Source: an uncultured Clostridia bacterium
GTDB lineage: Bacteria > Bacillota > Clostridia > Christensenellales > CAG-917
Assembly: GCA_934277645.1 (NCBI GenBank)
Contig: CAKQUX010000002.1
Coordinates: 241,897 to 305,896, forward strand
Reading direction: 5' to 3'
DNA length: 64,000 nucleotides
The notes under the pieces are model-generated. The model worked only from the letters and a program-made list of their open reading frames with translations, was not told the DNA's origin and did not search any database. A program made the translations under genes and the position numbers. This document shows positions 45,548 to 54,369 of the stretch, one piece after another. The stretch's first letter is position 1. Each line of letters begins with the position of its first letter.

Positions 45548-46342
45548 ATGAAAAAAACTGTAGTTATTGCAGATGATAATGCGGCGTTTGTGAATTCGCT
45601 GGTAGACTACTTAAGTAAAAACGACTATGAAGTTGTCGGAACGGCCTACGACGGATTGGAGGCGGCCGCTACGATTGAAAAAACCTCACCCGATTATGCA
45701 CTGATAGATATAGTTATGCCCGAGCTTGACGGCTTCGGCGTTTTATCGAGTCTGAATTTGTCCAAGCTCGAAAAGAGACCTACAATCATAATGATGTCGC
45801 AACTTTGCGCGGACGGATTCATTTCAAAATCGCTCAGAATGGGAGCAAGTTATTTCTTTGCAAAACCTTTTGCTTTTGACGAACTTAAAAGATATCTCGA
45901 CGAAAGCAGCAGCGGCGAATCGATGCTCGAAGACGTTCAATCGAATGCCGTCAACATTGCGCAAGCGCCGAAACGCAGTGCTGCAAAACTCCTCGACGAA
46001 AAGATTGCCAACATTTTTATATCGGTCGGAATTCCTGCGCATATAAAAGGCTATCAATTTTTGCGTGAGGCAATCAAAATGGCGGTCGAAACGCCGAGTA
46101 TCATCAACAGTATAACGAAAAAGCTGTATCCGTCGATAGCGAAGCAATTTGAAACTTCGCCGTCAAAAGTCGAAAGAGCAATCAGACACGCAATCGAAGT
46201 AAGTTGGAACAGGGGCAAAATCGAAAACATAAACAACATTTTCGGAATTAAAGTTTATGCCGCAAACGAAAAACCTACAAACGGCGAGTTCATCGCTTTG
46301 GTTGCAGATAAAATGTTGCTTGAAGGCGCGGCGGCAAAATAG
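45548..46342 (+). CDS. spo0A: sporulation master regulator Spo0A
   Basis: Receiver domain (DDNAAF..D..MPELDG) plus the diagnostic Spo0A C-terminal DNA-binding domain (GIPAHIKGYQFLREAI, SKVERAIRHAIEV, KPTNGEFIA). Confidence 0.95.
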   Translation: MKKTVVIADDNAAFVNSLVDYLSKNDYEVVGTAYDGLEAAATIEKTSPDYALIDIVMPELDGFGVLSSLNLSKLEKRPTIIMMSQLCADGFISKSLRMGASYFFAKPFAFDELKRYLDESSSGESMLEDVQSNAVNIAQAPKRSAAKLLDEKIANIFISVGIPAHIKGYQFLREAIKMAVETPSIINSITKKLYPSIAKQFETSPSKVERAIRHAIEVSWNRGKIENINNIFGIKVYAANEKPTNGEFIALVADKMLLEGAAAK

Positions 46343-46437
46343 CCGAAACAAAACCGCTTTTAACTTGGGCATATTGCTAAATGATATTGCCTGAATTTAC
46401 GTAACCAAAATGTCGGTTTAAAATTTATGATAGGGGA

Positions 46438-46476
46438 CAAAAAGGCACACGCTGTTGCGTGCGCCTTTTATTTTAT
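46438..46476 (+). terminator. Rho-independent terminator
   Basis: Stem ggcacacgc-tgtt-gcgtgcgcc (one mismatch) followed by ttttatttta. Confidence 0.7.
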
Positions 46477-46724
46477 TGGTTATTTAATTTTAATTATTTA
46501 TTAAATTAGAATAATCTATTTAGTTGTAGTTATTTACTTAATTGTAATTATTTTACTGCAATAATAGTTATTAGATTTGATAGTAAAGTTATACAAATAT
46601 AGCAATAAACAAAATCGTATTCGCCAATCTATAATGCGAACGGCAAATGTCAAATTCGATGTTGAGCGAATCGCGACGGGCGTTTCAAGCAAAAATCAGT
46701 TTTCTAAAACGCTTACCGTAAAAA

Positions 46725-47768
46725 TCATTTGATGACTTTGTTTGCCGTTTTAGGGTTGTCGGTTATGATTGCGTCCGCGCCGCTATCAACAAGCTCTTTG
46801 ATTTCGTCATAGTCGTTTATCGTCCAGAACTGCACCGCAATGCCATAGTGGTGGCAATAGTCGATAAACGATTTTTGACCCATATCGAAAAGCGGGATAT
46901 GCGGGACTTGCAAGACTTCGAAACCGACGTTGCACTTATCGAGATTGACGTTAAACAAAAATCTGTAATAGGTAAGTAACACTTCCGCAATCGACGCGCT
47001 TCTGATTATGTCTGGATATTTTTCGTCCATATATTTGGTTATCTCGCCTTGGAACGTGCCGATGATGACTCTGTTTAAAAGGTTTCTCTCTTTTATGGTT
47101 TGATAGAGTTTGTCGGTCGCTTTGCGTCCTATGTCGTCGCCGTCTTTGATTTCGATGATGTAATTCAAATCGCTTCGCATGCTTTCGGTATAATCGAGAA
47201 CTTCGTCAAGAGTTACGGCTTTGCAGTCGCTCGGAATGTCGTTGCCGCGAAGACCTTTATAAGGCGAGTTGCCGTTTTCGTCGACAAAGTTCTCGCCCAT
47301 ATTGAGAGTTTTGATTTCGGCAAGCGTCTTGTCTTTTGCGTAAACTTTTTTGCTGCCGAACACTTCGGTTGCATTAGACGTACGGTTGAGCGTGTCGTCG
47401 TGGAGCAAAATTAGTTGACCGTCTTTTGTAAGATGCAAATCGAATTCTAAAATATCAACCGTATATTCGGTTGCCGTAAGGCAGTTTTCAAACGCTTTAA
47501 GCGTGTTTTCGGGGGCCAATGCGCCACCTGCACGGTGAGCGGAAACAAGGCACTTTTCGTCGAAAGTGATGTACGGATTGTCGCCGCTATAACTTGTGAC
47601 GGCGTCAACACGCGGTAGTTTGCCCGAAAATGCAGGGCTTATCAAAATAAACAAAATGCCGATTAAAACGGCAAGCGTAATGCCGATAATCTTAAAGGCA
47701 AGTCGAGCGCGGTATTTGTCGCCGAAATGATTAGATATGCTCGATGTAGCTAAAAATGTCTTTTTCAT
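46725..47768 (-). CDS. membrane-anchored glycerophosphodiester phosphodiesterase
   Basis: GDPD motifs (SAHRAGG..PENT, EFDLHLTKDGQLILLHD) with an N-terminal TM helix. Start set at ATG 47768, 6 nt after TGtTATAAT. Confidence 0.8.
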   Translation of the reverse strand: MKKTFLATSSISNHFGDKYRARLAFKIIGITLAVLIGILFILISPAFSGKLPRVDAVTSYSGDNPYITFDEKCLVSAHRAGGALAPENTLKAFENCLTATEYTVDILEFDLHLTKDGQLILLHDDTLNRTSNATEVFGSKKVYAKDKTLAEIKTLNMGENFVDENGNSPYKGLRGNDIPSDCKAVTLDEVLDYTESMRSDLNYIIEIKDGDDIGRKATDKLYQTIKERNLLNRVIIGTFQGEITKYMDEKYPDIIRSASIAEVLLTYYRFLFNVNLDKCNVGFEVLQVPHIPLFDMGQKSFIDYCHHYGIAVQFWTINDYDEIKELVDSGADAIITDNPKTANKVIK

Positions 47769-47774
47769 ATAAAC

Positions 47775-47783
47775 ATTATAACA
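47775..47783 (-). promoter_or_regulatory. extended -10 promoter TGtTATAAT ending 6 nt before ATG 47768 (leaderless)
   Basis: Minus strand reads tgtgttataatgtttatATG. The -35 position falls in the preceding terminator, and there is no SD. Confidence 0.5.
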
Positions 47784-47785
47784 CA

Positions 47786-47822
47786 CAAAAAAAATACGGC
47801 AATATGTGCCGTATTTTTTAGC
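47786..47822 (-). terminator. Rho-independent terminator of the zinc-ribbon ORF
   Basis: Minus strand: aaaaaatacggca-catat-tgccgta followed by tttttttt. Confidence 0.75.
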
Positions 47823-47827
47823 CAAGG

Positions 47828-47977
47828 TTAACCGCGCTTTTTAGTAAATTCGCTGTTCGTACATTTTGGGCAAGGCGGCATTTTTGAATTTTCGCCAAGC
47901 TCGACTACCGTGTGGCAGTTTGTGCAACTATAACTTCCGCTTCCCGGTTTTTGACCGGTCTTAAAAATTTTGCTCAT
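47828..47977 (-). CDS. small zinc-ribbon protein (49 aa): MSKIFKTGQKPGSGSYSCTNCHTVVELGENSKMPPCPKCTNSEFTKKRG
   Basis: Not in the ORF track. AAGGAGGG SD, two CxxC pairs and its own terminator. Confidence 0.65.
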   Translation of the reverse strand: MSKIFKTGQKPGSGSYSCTNCHTVVELGENSKMPPCPKCTNSEFTKKRG

Positions 47978-48072
47978 ATTCCCTCCTTTTATTACAAGCA
48001 AAGTATTGCTTGTTACGTTTTTATTTTTTGTAGTCTCAAAAAAAATATAAAGGGAAATAAAAAATTTTGTTG

Positions 48073-48112
48073 TAAGAAATTGTTATTAAAGCTTTAAGAA
48101 ATCGTTATTAAA
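48073..48112. repeat. 18-nt direct repeat x2 (TAAGAAATyGTTATTAAA), 22-bp period
   Basis: 48073-48090 and 48095-48112 are identical at 17 of 18 positions. They lie in the divergent intergenic region. Confidence 0.85.
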
Positions 48113-48329
48113 AATAAAAGGCAAAATAGAGTTTTATATTAAGTCGAATCAAATCAAGCATTCGGTCAAATGGCAAAATCGCAATAAACGATTGCCTAAG
48201 GATTTTCATATTTTCAGTTTGTTAAAGTTGTTAAACGCCCAAAACAAAAAAAGTTTTTGCTGTCCATTTTTTTGGACAGTTATTTTTCAAATCGGGGGTA
48301 TTATTAAGAAAAAAAGCGAGGTAATGATT

Positions 48330-48638
48330 ATGTATTTCAGAGTTATAGCAAAGTGTGGAAATTTAGGTAAAAGAGCGTACGTCCCGATAAGTTTTGCCGT
48401 GAAGGCGCAAAACGCAAAAGAAGCGGTTGAGGTTGCAAAAAACCAGCCGTACGTCAGAAAGGATTTCGCAAGTCCGATTATTTCGATAACGGAAATCGAC
48501 AAGGAAAGCTACGAGTACTTAGTCGCGGTAAATCAAAACGACCCTTTTTTCAAGAAGGGGTTTGGTTTCGGTAGACTTCGCAGTATGTATGACAGAATGC
48601 AAATCGAAACCAGACCGCAAGCAATAGAATTTATTTAG
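48330..48638 (+). CDS. hypothetical protein (102 aa)
   Basis: GAGG lies 8 nt upstream of ATG 48330; the upstream part of the ORF-track ORF looks non-coding. No family recognised. Confidence 0.55.
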   Translation: MYFRVIAKCGNLGKRAYVPISFAVKAQNAKEAVEVAKNQPYVRKDFASPIISITEIDKESYEYLVAVNQNDPFFKKGFGFGRLRSMYDRMQIETRPQAIEFI

Positions 48639-48683
48639 TCCTAAAACTTTTTGCCGTAAATCAAAAAGTGTGGTAAAATGAAT

Positions 48684-48706
48684 AAAACCGCTTCGGCGGT
48701 TTTATT
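48684..48706 (+). terminator. Rho-independent terminator (CCGC-UUCG-GCGG)
   Basis: aaaccgcttcggcggttttatt. Confidence 0.65.
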
Positions 48707-48713
48707 CAAAACT

Positions 48714-49691
48714 ATGGAAATGCAAAACAAAATTTTAAAGATTATCGAAATATTAAAAACCGAAAGCGATGAGCAAAGTCCGATAAGGACTAATCGACTT
48801 ATCGGCAGGCTAGCGGACTGTGGAATTTCCGTCGAAAGGAAAACGCTTTATAAGGACATCGACAGACTTATATCGGCAGGTTATGACGTTATAAAAGTCA
48901 GAGACGGCCGTTCGTCGGCGTATTATATGAATGCGAGCGAGTTCGACACGTCGGAGCTTAAAATATTGCTTGACGCTGTAGAAGCGTCGAGATTTATATC
49001 TGCCAAAAAGACGGACGAACTTGTTGAAAAGCTCGCGGCTCAGGCAGGGAGCTTAAAGGGCGACGTGCTGGCGAGAATGAGCGTATGTTTTGACACGGTC
49101 AAGCACACGAACGACAAGGTGTTTATAATTGTAGACAGAATAAACGACGCATTGATAACAAAAAAGAAAGTCAGTTTTAAATATTTCGACTTTGACGTGA
49201 AAGGCGAAAAGGTATTGCGACGTGGCGGAGAGCCTTACGTCGTAAACCCCGTTGCGTTGGTTTTCAGCGAAGATAATTATTATCTTGTTTGCTACAACGA
49301 CAAGTATCAAGACCTTAGCAACTACCGCATAGACAAAATGCTCGACGTCGAAGTGACGGACGATGACATAACGCCGTCCGAGTGCGTCAAGGACTTCAAG
49401 TTTTATTCGCACCCGAAGCAATCGTTTTCGATGTTCCGCGGCGAAATAGAAAAGGTAACGCTCGAATGTGAAAATTCGCTTGCCAACGTAATAATCGACC
49501 GTTTCGGCGAGAAAATAAAAATGACGCCGAAAGACTCGGAAAAGTTTATGGTTACGGTGCCTGTGCAAGTCAGCCCTACGTTTTACGCTTGGTGTTTCAC
49601 GTTTGGACGAAAAATGAAGATAATTTCACCGCAGTCGGTTGCCGACGGCTACAAAGCAAGGCTTTCCGAAACACTCGATTCGTTAGATTAA
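48714..49691 (+). CDS. HTH + WYL domain transcriptional regulator
   Basis: N-terminal wHTH (ILKIIEILK...SPIRTNRLIGRLA), a central WYL-like beta domain (VVNPVALVFSEDNYYLVCYN..SNYRIDKM) and a C-terminal WCX-like region. Start at 48714 or 48720. Confidence 0.7.
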   Translation: MEMQNKILKIIEILKTESDEQSPIRTNRLIGRLADCGISVERKTLYKDIDRLISAGYDVIKVRDGRSSAYYMNASEFDTSELKILLDAVEASRFISAKKTDELVEKLAAQAGSLKGDVLARMSVCFDTVKHTNDKVFIIVDRINDALITKKKVSFKYFDFDVKGEKVLRRGGEPYVVNPVALVFSEDNYYLVCYNDKYQDLSNYRIDKMLDVEVTDDDITPSECVKDFKFYSHPKQSFSMFRGEIEKVTLECENSLANVIIDRFGEKIKMTPKDSEKFMVTVPVQVSPTFYAWCFTFGRKMKIISPQSVADGYKARLSETLDSLD

Positions 49692-49961
49692 AAGCCTCTG
49701 TTAAGTTTAAGATTAAAAACGAAAACGAGAGCAGACATAAACGAAGAATCATAAAGCGAAAAACTTTATAAAATGCAATAAGAATATAAAAGGTAATGAA
49801 ACATAAAAGGCAAAAGGGCATTTAAAATATAGAGCGATAAAGAGCATAGGAACATAAAAGAAGAATATAAAACAAGAAGATTAAAAATAAAGGGTAAGAT
49901 AATCATTAAGGGCAATGAATATAGAAAAGGGAAATAAGGATAACAATTAAGGAAAGAAAAC

Positions 49962-49996
49962 AAAAAAAGAAGCAAGCGTCGCTTGCTTCTTTTTTA
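49962..49996. terminator. bidirectional Rho-independent terminator
   Basis: A7, then stem gaagcaagc-gtc-gcttgcttc, then T6. Confidence 0.8.
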
Positions 49997-50191
49997 TAAT
50001 GATTATAGTTCTAAATAAGTTTAAACTCGCAATAAACAGGCTTAGATTTGTGGTTCGATTTGCAAACGTCATTTGCACGAACTTGACTACTAAACGTAGC
50101 TTTGCAAATTCGTTTTAATTTAAGCAGCTTTTTCGCTCTAATTAAAATCGTTGATTTTAATAATAACTTTTTAGCAGCTTATGCCGACAAG

Positions 50192-51373
50192 TTATTTTGC
50201 GGCTTTAAGAATTTCGATGACTTGTTCTTTTGTCGCCATAATCGGATTTACGACGCTTGCGCCGTCGTTAATTGCCGTTTCGGCAATAGCGTCAAATTGT
50301 TCTTCCTTGACGTTTGCCGCGCTAAGGGTAGTCGGAAGCCCGACAGCCTCAAATTGTTTGATGAACGAAGCGCAAAATTCTATTGCTTTTTCGGCGCGTT
50401 CTTCTTTCGGCGTTTGGGCGTAAACTTCCGCGCCTGCAAGCGGCAAAAGAAGTTCGGCGTAAGCAGGGCGCAAGGTTTCGAGGTTAAATTTCATAACGTG
50501 CGGCAAGAGTATCGCCATAGCGACGCCGTGAGGAACGTGGGCTACGCCGCCGAGCGCGTGACCGATTGCGTGGACAAGACCGACCATTGAATTAGAGAAT
50601 GCAATGCCTGCCATAGTTGCGGCATTTCCCATTGCAAGACGATATTCGCGGTTGCCGCCTTCCAAAACCGCCTTAGGAAGATAAGTGGTGATAAGACGAA
50701 TAGCGGCAAAAGCATAGCTTTGCGAAAGCGGATTTTTTTGCAAGCAAGTGTAACCTTCAACGGCGTGAACCAAAGCGTCAACGCCTGTGTTTGCCGTGAC
50801 TTTCGGAGGCATCGTTTCCGTCATGGTAGGGTCGATGACCGCAAAGTCCGGAAGAAGGTCATAGCTGATATATTCCATTTTAACGTTTTTGTCAGGGTTT
50901 GCGATAACGGCAACGTTTGTACATTCGCTGCCCGTGCCGCTTGTCGTAGGAATGACGGCGAAAGGAATTCTTGCTTTTCTCGGAAGAGATTCAAGTCCCA
51001 TATAATCCATAATGTTGTCGCCGCCTTGTTCGATGACGATTCTGAGTCCCTTAGCCGTGTCGATAACGCTGCCACCGCCGAGAGCGAGAATTGCGTCGCA
51101 ACCTTTTGCTTTGAAGATGCCTGCGATTTCATTGATGACTTTGATAGAGCTGTCAGGCGGAATTTCGGTGTACGTTTCGCTGACGTCTATGTCATAGCCG
51201 TTAAAGACTTTAAGAAGTTTGTTGACGGCTCCCGTTTTGGCAAGAATGGCGTCCGACAAGACGATAGGTTTTTTTGCGCCGAGCATTTTAAGCTCGTGCG
51301 GAATGTTTTCAAGGGCGTTTTCACCCGACATAATTTTTACGGAATTTAAAAATTCATAATATTTTGGTAACAT
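50192..51373 (-). CDS. iron-containing alcohol dehydrogenase
   Basis: 393 aa. Fe-ADH family with GGGSVIDTAK and the H..H metal motif (VHAIGHALGGVAHVPHG). GGAGG SD. Confidence 0.85.
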   Translation of the reverse strand: MLPKYYEFLNSVKIMSGENALENIPHELKMLGAKKPIVLSDAILAKTGAVNKLLKVFNGYDIDVSETYTEIPPDSSIKVINEIAGIFKAKGCDAILALGGGSVIDTAKGLRIVIEQGGDNIMDYMGLESLPRKARIPFAVIPTTSGTGSECTNVAVIANPDKNVKMEYISYDLLPDFAVIDPTMTETMPPKVTANTGVDALVHAVEGYTCLQKNPLSQSYAFAAIRLITTYLPKAVLEGGNREYRLAMGNAATMAGIAFSNSMVGLVHAIGHALGGVAHVPHGVAMAILLPHVMKFNLETLRPAYAELLLPLAGAEVYAQTPKEERAEKAIEFCASFIKQFEAVGLPTTLSAANVKEEQFDAIAETAINDGASVVNPIMATKEQVIEILKAAK

Positions 51374-51385
51374 ATTTTCCTCCGA

Positions 51386-51910
51386 TTAAAAAAGAGTGCC
51401 GCACAAAAAGCGTACGGAATTTACCTGTTTTGGCGGAACAGGGTTCATAAGTTTTTTTGCAATGAATTTAGGGAAGAGATAACTTTCGACGATGTTCATA
51501 ATGCGGACAATGCCGAGAACTTTGTAAAGGTCGCCGTTTACCGTGAAGCGGTGTTGAGCGTAGCCGTCGCCGAGTCCTAAACGTCCCGTGAACATTTTAA
51601 ATGCGCTGTTTACGCCTTTGAAAGACAAAAGAATGTCGGCTTTTTCGTCGAAATCGCATTTGTTTGAAAAGACTTTGCCGTCTTTTTTGCCGAAAACCAT
51701 ACAAGGTCCAATCGGGTTAATTGCGATTTTAACCGCAAAATCGTTTGCGACGCTTTCGCCGTCCTTTTCGGTATAGCCGCAAATCTTGTCGAGGTCTTCT
51801 TTTACTCTCGAATCGACTTTATAGGCATAGCAAATTCCTTTTCCGAGCAGTTTCATAACAACGCCGCACATACTGCGTTTAAAGCTGTTGTTTTGTTTTT
51901 TACAAGCCAT
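51386..51910 (-). CDS. hypothetical protein, SCP2 sterol-carrier-like domain suspected
   Basis: 174 aa. The C-terminal half resembles SCP2 (ADILLSFKG..FKMFTGRLGLGDGYAQHRFTVNGDLYKVL). AAGGAG SD. Cotranscribed with the Fe-ADH gene. Confidence 0.45.
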   Translation of the reverse strand: MACKKQNNSFKRSMCGVVMKLLGKGICYAYKVDSRVKEDLDKICGYTEKDGESVANDFAVKIAINPIGPCMVFGKKDGKVFSNKCDFDEKADILLSFKGVNSAFKMFTGRLGLGDGYAQHRFTVNGDLYKVLGIVRIMNIVESYLFPKFIAKKLMNPVPPKQVNSVRFLCGTLF

Positions 51911-52436
51911 AGGAACTCCTTAATATTTAATGTATATATTATATAATAATAATTTTTAAAATTCAATTAAAAAATAATTTTTTATACGCCGATTATGTGC
52001 GATAAAACGCATTGTTTTAAATAAGGAAAGGACGCTTTAAAACTAACGGACAAAATCTGCGAAATTTCGCAATATGCGGTAGACAAAAAACATATTTTAG
52101 CCGTATGGTTTTATAGTATAGAGCTTGCCACAGTATGCGATATGCGGTTATATTCAGCGTGCGAAATGTGACTGAGTTTAATCTCTAATCTATGTACACT
52201 TTTTAGACCGTTTCGTGTCTGACGGAGCGAAGCGATATGATTGATTTAAAATCGGCTCGGCTTGCGGCATGGCGGTTAAAATGCGTTACGTTTAAAGGCA
52301 GAAAATCGGGCTGTGGGCGGGAAACGGCTATCTCGAACGGAAAGGGAATAATCGATTTACGTCAATAATGCCAAAAATTGGCTTAAAGAAACATTAAAAA
52401 AACCTTAAAAAAAACCGTTTACCCCCTTGCTTTTCG

Positions 52437-52465
52437 TTGACAAAGGCCTTTAAAAAAAGTAAAAT
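52437..52465 (+). promoter_or_regulatory. sigma-A-type promoter TTGACA-17-TAAAAT (drives the riboswitch)
   Basis: TTGACA at 52437-52442 and TAAAAT at 52460-52465. Confidence 0.6.
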
Positions 52466-52484
52466 TTAAGTACAGTTAAATAAA

Positions 52485-52550
52485 GCCAATATAATTAGGA
52501 AGATATGGTTCCAAGTTTCTACCAAACACCGTGAATGTTTGACTATTGAG
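52485..52550 (+). promoter_or_regulatory. purine riboswitch, guanine/hypoxanthine class (C at the specificity position)
   Basis: UAUAAU..AUAUGG..GUUUCUACC..CCGUGAAU..GACUAU matches the G-box consensus. J3-1 reads A-C-U (C74). It sits upstream of a purine permease. Confidence 0.85.
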
Positions 52551-52565
52551 CGTAGTTTTGTTTGA

Positions 52566-52606
52566 AACCGCACGCCTTTTGACGTGCGTTACCTTTTTTC
52601 TTTTTT
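52566..52606 (+). terminator. riboswitch expression-platform terminator
   Basis: Stem ccgcacg/cgtgcg followed by ttaccttttttctttttt. Confidence 0.6.
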
Positions 52607-52670
52607 AAACGCTTTATTTTCAATTACCCGTTATCAAAATAACAAATACATATGAAAATGGAGGTTTTCT

Positions 52671-54323
52671 ATGACAGAAAAAAATCAAGAACCACAAGTC
52701 GAAGAAACTAAGGTTCAAGACGTTGAAACTGCCGAACAAGAAAACGTCGAAGTTGCTGCGGACGGCGCAGCAGCTAAAAAGCCTAACAAATTTTTTAAGG
52801 GCTTAGACAATTTCTTCCAAATCTCGGCAAACAATTCGACAATCAGAGCAGAAGTTGTCGGCGGTATTACCACATTCTTTGCAATGTGCTATATCTTGTT
52901 CGTCAACCCGACGTCAATGATAGGTTCATATCTTGACGGCATCTATACGGGCCAAGTCGCAGTCTTGAACGCTCTTAGAAGCGGTATCTTTATCGGCACT
53001 GCAATCGGCGCAATCATCGGTACGTTGCTTATGGCTCTCCTTGCGAGAATGCCTTATGCTCAAGCTCCTGGTATGGGACTTAACGCATTCTTCTGCACGA
53101 CCTTTATGGCAGGCGCTCTCGGCGGAACTATCACCGACGGTGTAGAAGCTCAATATCAAGCAGGTCTTGCAGTTATCTTCGTTGCAGGTCTCGTATTCTT
53201 GCTCATCTCTTTGACGGGCGTTCGTGAAAAGATTGCAAACGCAATTCCTCAAGGACTTAAAAAAGCTATCTCGGCAGGTATCGGTTTGTTTATCGCTTAC
53301 ATCGGTATGCAAAACGCAGGCGTCATCGTAGCAAGCCCATTCACCGTTTCGTCATTTGCTAACTTCAACGTTTACAGCGGCGGTGCAACTTGGTACGGAA
53401 TCGTAACTCCGCTCCTTGCTCTTCTCGGCGTACTCATTATGGGTATCTTGACCAAGACGAAAGTTAAGGCTATTTCCCGTTCGAACGTTATTCTCGGTAT
53501 CGTTATCATCACCGGACTTTACTACTTGTTCAATATCGGAAACGACGCTGCATATTCGGCATTCCAAAGCATCAACAACCCAATCGACGCATTTGTCAAC
53601 TTCGGCAAATACAACATCGGCAGAGGCTTCATCGGTTTCAAATATTGGAACGCAGAAGTTGCTCTTGACCTTGTTATTTTGATTATCACTTTCTGCCTTA
53701 TCGATATGTTCGATACGCTCGGAACTCTTCAAGGCGCTGCAACCGAAGCAGGACTCCTTGACGAAAACGGCGTTCCTAAAAAACTTAGAGAATGTTTGTG
53801 GTGTGACTCAATAGCAACCGTTACCGGTTCTATCGCAGGTGTTTCGACCGTTACTACGTTCGTTGAATCTTCTGCAGGTATCTCGGCAGGCGCAAGAACA
53901 GGTTTCTCGTCAATCATCACGGCAGGCTTGTTCCTTATCGCAATGTTCCTTAGCCCGCTTGCTGCAATCATCCCTAGCGCAGCAACCGCATCGGCTTTGA
54001 TTTTCGTCGGCGTATTGATGCTCGGAAACGTAAAGGATATCGACTTCAAAGATCTTACGGTTTCTATCCCTGCATTCCTTGTTATCTTTATGATGCCGCT
54101 TACTTACTCGATTTCAAACGGTATCGGTATCGGACTTATTGCTTACACAATCATTAAGTTCTTCACCGTTATCTTTGGCGGCGCAGAAAAGATTAAGGCT
54201 TATTATGGCGTAACGAAAGACGAAGAAGGCAAAAAGGTCTATGGTGAATTCTTGTCAGGCGACCTCCTTATCTTGATTATCTCGATCATCTTCGTACTCC
54301 GTTTCTTGATGGTATCTATGTAA
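52671..54323 (+). CDS. NCS2/AzgA-family guanine-hypoxanthine permease
   Basis: 550-aa polytopic protein with a PbuG/PbuO-like N-terminal region (STIRAEVVGGITTFFAMCYILFVNP). GGAGG SD. Has an acidic N-terminal extension. Confidence 0.85.
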   Translation: MTEKNQEPQVEETKVQDVETAEQENVEVAADGAAAKKPNKFFKGLDNFFQISANNSTIRAEVVGGITTFFAMCYILFVNPTSMIGSYLDGIYTGQVAVLNALRSGIFIGTAIGAIIGTLLMALLARMPYAQAPGMGLNAFFCTTFMAGALGGTITDGVEAQYQAGLAVIFVAGLVFLLISLTGVREKIANAIPQGLKKAISAGIGLFIAYIGMQNAGVIVASPFTVSSFANFNVYSGGATWYGIVTPLLALLGVLIMGILTKTKVKAISRSNVILGIVIITGLYYLFNIGNDAAYSAFQSINNPIDAFVNFGKYNIGRGFIGFKYWNAEVALDLVILIITFCLIDMFDTLGTLQGAATEAGLLDENGVPKKLRECLWCDSIATVTGSIAGVSTVTTFVESSAGISAGARTGFSSIITAGLFLIAMFLSPLAAIIPSAATASALIFVGVLMLGNVKDIDFKDLTVSIPAFLVIFMMPLTYSISNGIGIGLIAYTIIKFFTVIFGGAEKIKAYYGVTKDEEGKKVYGEFLSGDLLILIISIIFVLRFLMVSM

Positions 54324-54369
54324 GAAACGAAATTAAAAGTTTTTGAGAAATCAAAAATATATGACAAAC

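Noticed and set aside
49766-49975. A 69-aa minus-strand ORF (and 49597-49821).
   Set aside because: It is simply the Leu/Phe/Ser/Pro translation of the polypyrimidine complement of the purine tract.
52237-52365. A 42-codon ORF (MIDLKSARLAAWRLKCVTFKGRKSGCGRETAISNGKGIIDLRQ).
   Set aside because: It has a weak SD at suboptimal spacing and no promoter or terminator. It is mentioned only within the finding on the unexplained spacer.
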